A stretch of DNA of 64,000 bases from an uncultured virus (IMG/VR IMGVR_UViG_3300015608_000687). Lineage: Duplodnaviria > Heunggongvirae > Uroviricota > Caudoviricetes > Crassvirales. The notes beneath the pieces are model-generated. The model did no database searches. It saw only the letters and a list, made by a program, of their open reading frames with translations, and was not told the origin of the DNA. The number at the start of each line of letters is the position of its first letter. Positions within the stretch are counted from its first letter, which is position 1. Positions 9,410 to 17,558 of the stretch are shown here, piece after piece. The DNA is taken from IMG/VR virus record IMGVR_UViG_3300015608_000687; one strand, given 5' to 3'. The position numbers were made by a program, and so were the translations under genes.

Positions 9410-10072
9410 AAATTACAGGGCTAAAACTTTCAGCTAAAACACCCTGTAATTTGACTCGCTGACTAACCCATTGAAAATCAGCTTTTTAGTTAGTAAATTT
9501 GTTTCTTTTTTTGTTGTCTTAGTTGCGAATTCAAGACTTTAATCTGAAAGTTATTCCGAAACTTTACTCACCTTTATTTTCAACAATATAAATTACACAC
9601 AGAGAGATGATATCATCATGGTTTTAATCAAAGTCTGTAATTAACCTTTTAATTAACCTCTCTCCTGTGTAATTCATTGTGTATTAACCAATTGAAAACA
9701 ATAAGCAGTTTTTAGTCATGCTTAGGACTGAGTATTCTATTAGAGCTATCAGAATCAAGCTCTAAAACAAATACTCAATAAACTACACAAGAGAATATGC
9801 TTTGTTACATACTCTCTTGTGTAATTCATTAAAGTAGAGGCTTTGCCACTGCAATTAAGCTAGTATCCTCTTTAGGGTGATGTTTAAAACAGGATAACCC
9901 AATCAACCTGTGGATACAAAGAACGTCATTGGGTTTTTAAATCCTTGTAACGCCGGATTATGCGTCTAATCTACAGCCTGCTGTAAACTAGATATAGCAC
10001 CCATAGGCACTAATTAAGACTATTTAAAGTCCCAATCAGCACCTACAGGTACTACATTACCGTAGACAACGG
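9410..10072 (-). ncRNA. series of long RNA hairpins and a small pseudoknot
   Basis: Stems pair fully, with G:U, only on the minus strand (e.g. 9781-9826, 9992-10057). Confidence 0.6.
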
Positions 10073-10106
10073 CAAACATATTAAACAATAAACTGATACT
10101 AGCCCC

Positions 10107-10346
10107 TTATGGGACCAGTACCAGTTGTTTTGCAATTCCCTTTTCAGTTTCAATCTCTTTGGTTGAGACGCTGCTAAGCATTACTTCAGCAGTTTCACCA
10201 ACAGCAGAGTTTTCGTCAACCCAGCACCAACCCTGCTGAGATTGGGTTACAAAGCCTGTTTTGTGTGTTGCACGCACTTTAGCAAGCTTGTTGTTAGTTG
10301 CGTGCTTTTCGATGATTTCGAGGACGAATTTGATTTTGTTTTGCAT
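10107..10346 (-). CDS. hypothetical protein, first gene of minus-strand arm (79 aa)
   Basis: ORF track. Confidence 0.7.
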   Translation of the reverse strand: MQNKIKFVLEIIEKHATNNKLAKVRATHKTGFVTQSQQGWCWVDENSAVGETAEVMLSSVSTKEIETEKGIAKQLVLVP

Positions 10347-10615
10347 TTTGCGTTTGATTTTGATGCCACGGGTAGTTCCAATGGCACTAGATTAGGGGGA
10401 GGGGTCTAAGACACAGGTCTAATTTTTTACTTATAAAAATTCAAAAAAAAAAAATTAAAAAATCTAATAACTTTTGTACCTAGAATGAAGATTTTGAAAA
10501 AGAATATTCCCAAAGTAGTACTTATAAGAAGAATTTCGCTTCATTTTAACAACAGATTTAGTACATTTTTACATAACTTCTTGATTATCAGAGAAAAATA
10601 ATTTTCATCAAAGTA

Positions 10616-10646
10616 TTGACAAATGGGTTTTGATGTATTATATTTG
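10616..10646 (+). promoter_or_regulatory. Bacteroidota sigma-A-type promoter
   Basis: TTG(10616)-N20-TATATTTG(10639) matches -33 TTG / -7 TAnnTTTG; ATG 5 nt downstream. Confidence 0.75.
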
Positions 10647-10651
10647 TCCTC

Positions 10652-10855
10652 ATGGAAAAAGTTCAATCTCTCGTTAGACACATTCTTACTGCTGTTGGCG
10701 GTATGTGTGTTATGTTTGGTGTTTTAGACCATGAAGTAGTATCCGGTTTAATTGGTGGTGTTGCTACTATCATTGGTATTGCTTGGGGACAATTTAATGC
10801 TGTTAAAAGCAACATTAAACCTCCGAAATTCCCTGATAATTTACCCTCTGTTTAA
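10652..10855 (+). CDS. small two-TM membrane protein, holin-like
   Basis: LVRHILTAVGG motif and two hydrophobic segments. Confidence 0.7.
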   Translation: MEKVQSLVRHILTAVGGMCVMFGVLDHEVVSGLIGGVATIIGIAWGQFNAVKSNIKPPKFPDNLPSV

Positions 10856-10868
10856 GGGGGTAAATTAT
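10836..10868 (+). terminator. hairpin over stop codon (terminator or processing site)
   Basis: ATAATTTACCCTC...GGGGGTAAATTAT stem; no strong U-tract. Confidence 0.45.
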
Positions 10869-10869
10869 T

Positions 10870-11114
10870 AATACACTCTTTAGCTTATTGTGACACGTTG
10901 CAACTTTCGTTAAATCCAATAAGTTTCGAGTGGGGGCAGTAAATCATCAAATAGATGTGAGGAACCCTGTAAAATCAAGCTTCAATGCTTCCGAATACGG
11001 CGAATAAATGTGGGTATAGCCCGGAAGAGACAGGAACCCGACTTTGAAGCAAGATTAACAACATGAAGCCTTAAAAAGGGATACAAAATATCCCTTCTTA
11101 GGACAAAGTGTGTT
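10870..11114 (+). ncRNA. candidate multi-helix structured RNA (~245 nt)
   Basis: Closing stem plus four or more internal helices, G:U pairs on the plus strand. Confidence 0.5.
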
Positions 11115-11152
11115 TAATACTTAAATAGTTGAAATAATAATAAGTTAATATA

Positions 11153-11764
11153 ATGGATAACATAACAAGATTTATAGCAGATTTAAAAGCTTCTTGTAAG
11201 AGGAATAAAATCTCTTTAAGTTTTGTTGAAAAACCTTTTATAAAATTATCTGATAATATAGACTGTGCTGGCTATTTTAGTGAAGATGAAGCTTTACTGG
11301 TTGTGGCCACACAAAGACCTGACTGGTTAGAAATATTGGTGCATGAGAGTTGTCATATGGACCAATATGAAGACTATAACAACGGAAAGAGTCATATCTG
11401 GGGCTTATCTCAGTCTATAAGTTTTGTTGATGAATGGCTTGGGGGTACTGATTATCCAATAAAAGCAGTTTATAAGCACATAAACAACAGTCGGGATTTA
11501 GAAGAAGATTGTGAAAGAAGGTCTGTAGTTAAAATACAACAATACAATCTTCCAATAGATGTAAAAGAATACACACAAAAAGCAAACGCTTATCTGTTCT
11601 TTTACAACTATATCAAACAAACAAGATATTGGCCTGATAGTAACAACTCTGTTATTCGTAATGAAAAGGTTTACAAAAGGCTTATGAAGACCTTTTATAA
11701 AAGTTACAACAAGACTCCAACCAGAATACTTAGAATCTTTGAAGAAAATGTCAAAAGAGCTTGA
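11153..11764 (+). CDS. zincin-like metallopeptidase-domain protein
   Basis: HExxH (ILVHESCHMDQ) with downstream LEEDCE. Confidence 0.7.
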   Translation: MDNITRFIADLKASCKRNKISLSFVEKPFIKLSDNIDCAGYFSEDEALLVVATQRPDWLEILVHESCHMDQYEDYNNGKSHIWGLSQSISFVDEWLGGTDYPIKAVYKHINNSRDLEEDCERRSVVKIQQYNLPIDVKEYTQKANAYLFFYNYIKQTRYWPDSNNSVIRNEKVYKRLMKTFYKSYNKTPTRILRIFEENVKRA

Positions 11765-11969
11765 ATACAGCGATATGGAATCGCTTTTAAATAAAACAAA
11801 AGAAGAACTTGAACAGGAGCTTGAAAACAAGTTATATTTAGTCAGAATGGATGGTGAGTTTGGGCCAATGGTCTTGAATAAGACAGGTTTCATAGAGTTC
11901 TTACAAGCCATAAAAGAAATTAGAGATGCAGCAACAATTGAACCAAATCCCACAGAAGGAATTGACTAA
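11748..11969 (+). CDS. hypothetical protein
   Basis: ORF track frame, overlapping operon. Confidence 0.6.
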   Translation: MSKELEYSDMESLLNKTKEELEQELENKLYLVRMDGEFGPMVLNKTGFIEFLQAIKEIRDAATIEPNPTEGID

Positions 11970-12186
11970 TATTGTAAATTGGGACAGTGTTTCAGACTCC
12001 GACAATATATCTTTGCGTGTAAATTTTATACAAAGATATTATAAGGAGAGATATAATATGGAAACTGAAATCAAGAAACCAACTAATGATTTTGAAGCTT
12101 GTTTATTTGAAACAGTATGGGAACACGCTGTCAAGTATTACAAGAAGTGGGTAAAGCAAAGAATTAAGGTTTCTACAGAAGTTTAA
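11926..12186 (+). CDS. hypothetical protein
   Basis: ORF track. Confidence 0.6.
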   Translation: MQQQLNQIPQKELTNIVNWDSVSDSDNISLRVNFIQRYYKERYNMETEIKKPTNDFEACLFETVWEHAVKYYKKWVKQRIKVSTEV

Positions 12187-12214
12187 TAAACAATAGAGAG
12201 GGTGATTTGTGTAG

Positions 12215-12646
12215 GTGATGATAGTTATAAAAGTAGAAAAACGGGAATTGTTTTTAAAATGGCTAGAGTGGTTATCTCCCATAATTCCCTTAAAAGAAAT
12301 AGACCGTAAAGTTCTTGCTGGATTCTTGTCTTTGCATTATGCTTATAGACATTATAATCCTGACATATTATCAGATATTTTATTTTCAGACCCTGTAAAA
12401 AAGGATTTTGCAAAACGTCTTGAAATATCTGAACATCAATTGAAAAAAGCTGTTGAAAACCTTATTGAAAAAGGTTTGATTGTTGAAAACAAGGCTTCCG
12501 GCAAATTCAACATTAACGATATACTTACTAAATATCCTTCAGACGGCAATTTTAAACTTATAGTGAGCTTCCAGATAAATGAACCAAAGAGTGTATCTGT
12601 TCAGGGAACTTCTGATTCTGATAGAAACAATGATGAATCTAGATGA
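12215..12646 (+). CDS. winged-helix DNA-binding protein
   Basis: KKDFAKRLEISEHQLKKAVENLIEKGLI HTH pattern. Confidence 0.7.
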   Translation: MMIVIKVEKRELFLKWLEWLSPIIPLKEIDRKVLAGFLSLHYAYRHYNPDILSDILFSDPVKKDFAKRLEISEHQLKKAVENLIEKGLIVENKASGKFNINDILTKYPSDGNFKLIVSFQINEPKSVSVQGTSDSDRNNDESR

Positions 12647-12764
12647 AAGTTCAGAAAGAGCTTCTGAAAGTCTGAATATCCAAATAGAATATAGTGTTGA
12701 AATACCTCCGATTATAAATGGTGAACAAAAATACTGGCTGATTGTTAAAACATGGATGAAATAA
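12579..12764 (+). CDS. hypothetical protein (61 aa)
   Basis: ORF track, links neighbours by overlaps. Confidence 0.5.
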   Translation: MNQRVYLFRELLILIETMMNLDESSERASESLNIQIEYSVEIPPIINGEQKYWLIVKTWMK

Positions 12765-13039
12765 TAGATGAGATTTCAAGAAAATACGGAATAACAAAGA
12801 CATTAGCCAGAATCATAATAACTTCTCCTTTCCATTATATAAGAGAAAACCTGCATGATGGAAACTTTAAGAATTTTGGTTTAATGCATCTTGGTAAATT
12901 TGTGGTTAGACAAAACAAAAGAGTTAGAGCTGAAAAATATGCCGAAGATATTAAAAAACGAAAGCAAATTAAAAGAGATTTACAAAGGTTGGAAGAATCT
13001 GATTTGGAAAGACCCGGAGATAGAGAAAATGGCCTATGA
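12752..13039 (+). CDS. HU/IHF-like DNA-binding protein
   Basis: DEIIDEISRKYGI...LMHLGKFVVR resembles the HU/IHF fold; IHF-like genes are typical of crAss-like virion modules. Confidence 0.65.
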   Translation: MDEIIDEISRKYGITKTLARIIITSPFHYIRENLHDGNFKNFGLMHLGKFVVRQNKRVRAEKYAEDIKKRKQIKRDLQRLEESDLERPGDRENGL

Positions 13040-13205
13040 AAGAATTGACATCTGCGTTGATTGCGAAGAAATGTCTGATTATCCAAAGTCTCTCTCCATA
13101 CTTTCTTTTTGTAATTCCTGTAGTTGTAATTTGTCAGCTAAAACCAGAAGTCCTAATTCTGTATGTCCTTTGAATAAATGGCCTGTTAATAAAAAAGAAG
13201 AGTAA
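12939..13205 (+). CDS. small Cys-rich (Zn-binding) protein
   Basis: RIDICVDC...CNSCSCNLSAKTR...CPLNKW; start uncertain. Confidence 0.7.
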   Translation: MPKILKNESKLKEIYKGWKNLIWKDPEIEKMAYERIDICVDCEEMSDYPKSLSILSFCNSCSCNLSAKTRSPNSVCPLNKWPVNKKEE

Positions 13206-13543
13206 TGGAAAAAGAACTTACCATTATTATAAATCTTGTAGATGAAGATGATGATGGAAAGGTAAAAACAATTAAAGAAAATGTTAAATATAAGCAATAT
13301 ATAAATGTTCGAGATATACTTAATCCTTGTCAGGTTTTAAAAGAAAATGGAAAACCTCATCCTCACAGATGTAAGGCAATGTTAAGAGAATATGGAATTG
13401 TAATATTTGCTCATAGTTACGAATATATAAAGAGTCTTAAAAAACAATTAATGTTAAAAACAAATCCTGAACAGTCTGTTAGACCAATAGGATTTAAAAT
13501 GAGTGTTAAAGATGATAGAAGAAAGAAAAGAAGAAAAAGTTGA
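13205..13543 (+). CDS. hypothetical protein (112 aa)
   Basis: ORF track; TAATG coupling. Confidence 0.7.
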   Translation: MEKELTIIINLVDEDDDGKVKTIKENVKYKQYINVRDILNPCQVLKENGKPHPHRCKAMLREYGIVIFAHSYEYIKSLKKQLMLKTNPEQSVRPIGFKMSVKDDRRKKRRKS

Positions 13544-13880
13544 TTTTACTAAACATTTTCAACCAATTGGAAATTACATATTGGTTCGTTTAATTAAAGA
13601 ATCAGATGAATATTTTCCCGGATTAAAGAAATTAGATACTTCTACAGAAGCAGAACCTTATGTTGAAGTTCTTGCTGTAGGTTCAATAAACGAAGGAATT
13701 AAAGTGGGAGATTTGGCTTTTTGTCCCGGAATAAGTTTTACTACATTCAGAATGTTTGATTATGATGTATCGTTAATAAGAACTTATAATGTTCAATCAA
13801 TTATATCCAGAGATGTAGCTTTACAAATTAAACGAGAATCTTTAAAAAACTCTGGAAAGGCGGATGATTTATTGTTATGA
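13512..13880 (+). CDS. GroES-like co-chaperonin
   Basis: FQPIGNYILVR ... EVLAVGS ... IKVGD. Confidence 0.7.
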   Translation: MIEERKEEKVDFTKHFQPIGNYILVRLIKESDEYFPGLKKLDTSTEAEPYVEVLAVGSINEGIKVGDLAFCPGISFTTFRMFDYDVSLIRTYNVQSIISRDVALQIKRESLKNSGKADDLLL

Positions 13881-14281
13881 CAGATTTAAAAGTAAAACCA
13901 ATAAAAACAGAATCAGATAGTTCTTGTGCAAAGATAATAAGTGATTTATTTTCTTGCAGGGATTATATTCATATGAAACATCTTGCTGAAAGAGGTAGTG
14001 GCTCTTATGCAAGACATATGGCTTTAGGTGATTTATATGATGCTTTAGCTGGTCATATTGATACTATTGCCGAATTAATGCAGAGTTATGAAGGTCTTTT
14101 AGCAATAAGTGTGGCTAAAACGTCTGCAGAAGGAGATACTTTAAAATATCTTGAATCAGTTAGAACAATGCTGATATCTAAAAAAGAATCTCATGCACAC
14201 ATGCCCGATGTAGCAAATGAAATGGATTCTTTAATTGGTAGTATAAGCAAAACAATATATAAACTTAAATTTCTTAGTTAA
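13877..14281 (+). CDS. ferritin/Dps-like four-helix protein
   Basis: HMKHL...SYARHMALGDLYD...DTIAE...YKLKFL. Confidence 0.75.
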   Translation: MTDLKVKPIKTESDSSCAKIISDLFSCRDYIHMKHLAERGSGSYARHMALGDLYDALAGHIDTIAELMQSYEGLLAISVAKTSAEGDTLKYLESVRTMLISKKESHAHMPDVANEMDSLIGSISKTIYKLKFLS

Positions 14282-14526
14282 TGATTGTTTTTAAAACGTC
14301 AACCGACAAAATAATTGAAAAAAATAATGTTTTAGAAAATCTTTTAAAATTAAAACCTCATGATTCTATTAAAATAAACGGTGCTTTATGTGTAGTTTCA
14401 GAAGGTTTGATAAAACTAAATGAAAATGTTTATAATATAGTTATTGATTCTGGTAGAAGATTTTTTAGAATATGGTTTAATTTTAATGAAAATGATGACG
14501 TTGTAATTGAAAAACAAAATGTTTAA
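14281..14526 (+). CDS. hypothetical protein
   Basis: ORF track. Confidence 0.6.
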   Translation: MIVFKTSTDKIIEKNNVLENLLKLKPHDSIKINGALCVVSEGLIKLNENVYNIVIDSGRRFFRIWFNFNENDDVVIEKQNV

Positions 14527-14710
14527 ATTAGAAGACCCTTGTACTATTTGGTGCCATACTGATAAAAACGGTTCTATAACCAAAATTAATTTTGATTTTG
14601 AAAAGAAATCTCAAGTTGTGACTTATTGTTTAAGCACAAAAGTTGTTACTAATGGTATAATTGATGAAAGAGGATATTTAAAATCAAATGGAGTTACTAA
14701 AACTAAATAA
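14507..14710 (+). CDS. hypothetical protein
   Basis: ORF track. Confidence 0.55.
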   Translation: MKNKMFKLEDPCTIWCHTDKNGSITKINFDFEKKSQVVTYCLSTKVVTNGIIDERGYLKSNGVTKTK

Positions 14711-15239
14711 AAAATCAGAAGTAGTTCCAAATGCTGCAGCATTAACTATAAAAGAATTTAAAAATATTTGGGAAAGAGATACAACAGAAGACAAAAGAAA
14801 TGCTTTAAAAGAGCTTGCTTTTGTCTTCTTTACAGCCGATTTTAATTCAATATATCAGGCTTATCCCGTAGAAGAAAGAGACGCTGCAATAAAAACAGAT
14901 ATATTTGAAAACCCTGAATATATTGTTGACCCTGTTCTAACACAAGCAATCAAAAAGTATGAAGAATTACAAGTAACTCCAAGTATGAGACTTGTATCTT
15001 CAGCCAGAAGAGCTTTAGAAGAAATGATTAATTTCCTTAAAACAGTCAACATTAAGGAGAAAGATAAAATGGGAAAACCCATTTATAAACCTCAAGACAT
15101 CATGATGGCAATGAGTAAAACTGCAACAGTGGTTGATTCATTGGATAAACTAGAAGAAAAGGTTAAAAAAGAACTTAAAGATTCTGGTACAATAAGAGGT
15201 GGTAATGAAAAAGGGTTTTTTGAAGACCCAGATGAATAA
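14688..15239 (+). CDS. conserved crAss-like protein upstream of terL, putative terminase small subunit
   Basis: Position; helical protein ending IRGG...FED; function inferred. Confidence 0.6.
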   Translation: MELLKLNKKSEVVPNAAALTIKEFKNIWERDTTEDKRNALKELAFVFFTADFNSIYQAYPVEERDAAIKTDIFENPEYIVDPVLTQAIKKYEELQVTPSMRLVSSARRALEEMINFLKTVNIKEKDKMGKPIYKPQDIMMAMSKTATVVDSLDKLEEKVKKELKDSGTIRGGNEKGFFEDPDE

Positions 15240-15245
15240 AATAAA

Positions 15246-15316
15246 GCTACTATAGTTTAATGGTAAAACTGTTGATTTGTAATCAACTGTTATAGGTTCG
15301 AGTCCTATTGGTAGCT
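15246..15316 (+). tRNA. tRNA-Thr(UGU)
   Basis: Acceptor GCTACTA/TGGTAGC, anticodon arm GTTGA-TTTGTAA-TCAAC, T-loop GGTTCGAGTCC. Confidence 0.9.
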
Positions 15317-15322
15317 CTAAAA

Positions 15323-15398
15323 CTAGTAGTAGAGGAGTCAGGTTTATCTCGCCTCCCTTGGAAGGAGGAGCACATTGGTTCAAATCCAGTCTACTAGA
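15323..15398 (+). tRNA. tRNA-Pro(UGG)
   Basis: Acceptor CTAGTAG/CTACTAG, anticodon arm CCTCC-CTTGGAA-GGAGG, T-loop GGTTCAAATCC. Confidence 0.9.
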
Positions 15399-15406
15399 CA
15401 ATTTCT

Positions 15407-17482
15407 ATGAAAGATATTAAAACGGAAGATAAGATATTTCGCATTCCTAAAAAAATAATGAGTTTAGATGATGTAAATGAATTTACAGCATCTGCTCAAC
15501 ATTTTAATGAATTTGGAATGTATTGCAGATATCCTGCTGGTTCAAGGTCTTTCATGAATTTTTGGAAAGAAGAAAAAAGAAGATGTCTTGATGGATATAG
15601 CATCGGAAGAGATTATATTCCGGGATATTTTTATTTTTATCTAAACTACTCACGCATCATTAAAGTAACCACTAAGCTTGATGCTAGAGGCTCTATTATA
15701 TATGGTGAAGACGGTAAACCTTTAGTTGAAAGAACTGGTGGTTTTCCTGATTTTTGGGATGGTGATTATCAATATTTTCACTACCTGAATTATGCAGAAC
15801 TTTCAAATAAACATGCTGTCTTACTAAAGACAAGAGGTAGAGGATATTCATTTAAAGGCGGTTCAATGTTGAATCGCAATTATTTTTTAATACCTAAATC
15901 AAAATCGTTTGCAATAGCTGATAACAAAGCCTTTCTTAATGAAGGTGATGGTATATTGATTAAGGCTTGGGAAATAATGTCCTTTATTGATGAAAATACA
16001 GCTTGGTCTAAAAAGAGACATTATGCTGATAAATCTGACCACAGAAGGGCTTCATACAAGTTCAATAGAAACGGTGTAGAGTACGAAAGAGGTTATATGT
16101 CCGAGATAATGGGTATAACATTAAAGAATGACCCAGATAGAGCAAGAGGTATCAGAGGTAAACTTTGTTTATTTGAAGAGTCTGGTAAACTTCCGTCTCT
16201 TTTAAAAGCTTGGCAAATAGCACGTTCTTCTTTTGAACAAGATGGTAAAACATTTGGTTTAATGGTTTCTTTTGGAACCGGTGGAACAGAGGGTGCTAAT
16301 TTTGAAGGTCTTCGTGAATTATTTGAACATCCTAAAGGATATAACATACTTCCTGTCTATAATGATTGGGATGATAACATATCAGAAGATTCTACTTGTG
16401 GTATGTTCATGCCGCAATATATGAACATGCATGGTTGCATGGACGAGGCTGGTAATTCTCTAATAAGCAAAGCCAGAGAAGAAATTAAACAAGAGAGAAA
16501 GATAATTCTCAATAATACCAAAGACAGGAACGCCTATAAGCAATTCATAGCTGAGAAGCCTGAATACCCAAGAGAAGCTATGATGCAGATTGAGGGTAAC
16601 ATCTTCCCTACTGCAGACTTATTAGGTATTCTTGCAAAACTTGAAATAGAAAAGAATTATGAAGATACCTTAAGTAAAGGCACTATGATTCTTGATGAAC
16701 AAGGTAGAGTTCAGTTTAAGGAAAATAAAGACCTTAAAATGATTTACAATGTTCCAATAAGAAAAACAGATGACGCGGATGCACCAATTGTTATATTTGA
16801 ACCTCCTGTATTAGATGCTTGGAATAAAGTTCCATTTGGTGTATATATTGCCTCAAATGACCCTTATAATCATGATGTAAGTATAGGTGGTTCTTTAGGT
16901 TCTACATTCATATTAAATAAATTAACAAATAGAATTGTTGCTGAATATACTGCAAGACCTGAATTAGCAGCAGATTATTATGAACAGTTAAGAAGATTAT
17001 TAATCTACTACAATGCATTACTTTTATATGAAAATGAAGTAAGAGGTTTGTTTGACTATTTTGAAAGCAAAAACTCACTGCATCTTCTTGTTGAAGAACC
17101 TGCTTTAATTAGAGATATAGTAAGAAGTCATAAAATGGGTAATTCCAGAAAATACGGAATGCCTATGACAGAACCAATAAAAAGATGGGGTGAAGGGCTT
17201 TTAAAGGCTTGGTTGTTATCACCAATAGAAAATAATGAAGATGACAGATTCTTGTGCAATATGCATAAAATCCGCTCAATTCCTCTTTTAAAAGAACTTG
17301 TATCCTATAATCCTGATGGTAACTACGATAGAGTTATGTCGTTTATAATAATGATGTATCATATACAAGATTCAAGAAGATATATACCAGAACCGGATAA
17401 ACTTGAAGAAGTACCTGTTCATCAAAGTGATTTTTTCAACAGACCTTTATTTCAACAAAGAAATAATGTGTTTGGGCTATAA
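15407..17482 (+). CDS. terL: terminase large subunit
   Basis: Walker A-like LKTRGRGYSF, Walker B LFEESG, FGTGG, nuclease NDPY and NYDRV. Confidence 0.93.
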   Translation: MKDIKTEDKIFRIPKKIMSLDDVNEFTASAQHFNEFGMYCRYPAGSRSFMNFWKEEKRRCLDGYSIGRDYIPGYFYFYLNYSRIIKVTTKLDARGSIIYGEDGKPLVERTGGFPDFWDGDYQYFHYLNYAELSNKHAVLLKTRGRGYSFKGGSMLNRNYFLIPKSKSFAIADNKAFLNEGDGILIKAWEIMSFIDENTAWSKKRHYADKSDHRRASYKFNRNGVEYERGYMSEIMGITLKNDPDRARGIRGKLCLFEESGKLPSLLKAWQIARSSFEQDGKTFGLMVSFGTGGTEGANFEGLRELFEHPKGYNILPVYNDWDDNISEDSTCGMFMPQYMNMHGCMDEAGNSLISKAREEIKQERKIILNNTKDRNAYKQFIAEKPEYPREAMMQIEGNIFPTADLLGILAKLEIEKNYEDTLSKGTMILDEQGRVQFKENKDLKMIYNVPIRKTDDADAPIVIFEPPVLDAWNKVPFGVYIASNDPYNHDVSIGGSLGSTFILNKLTNRIVAEYTARPELAADYYEQLRRLLIYYNALLLYENEVRGLFDYFESKNSLHLLVEEPALIRDIVRSHKMGNSRKYGMPMTEPIKRWGEGLLKAWLLSPIENNEDDRFLCNMHKIRSIPLLKELVSYNPDGNYDRVMSFIIMMYHIQDSRRYIPEPDKLEEVPVHQSDFFNRPLFQQRNNVFGL

Positions 17483-17539
17483 GAAAAACACTATTTAAAA
17501 TATTTTGCTTTACACAGGGTTATAAATACATTAAATTCG
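17476..17539 (+). promoter_or_regulatory. putative late promoter with GCTATAAGAAA box
   Basis: GCTATAAGAAA at 17476, TAAATTCG (-7-like) at 17532. Confidence 0.5.
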
Positions 17540-17558
17540 TAAATTCCCAAATACTATA

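Noticed and set aside
6900..10100. CRISPR array or regular repeat-spacer array
   Set aside because: No constant direct repeat at regular spacing; the repeats are inverted and heterogeneous
6900..11150. Hammerhead ribozyme
   Set aside because: No CTGANGA...GAAA core found by eye in the non-coding stretches
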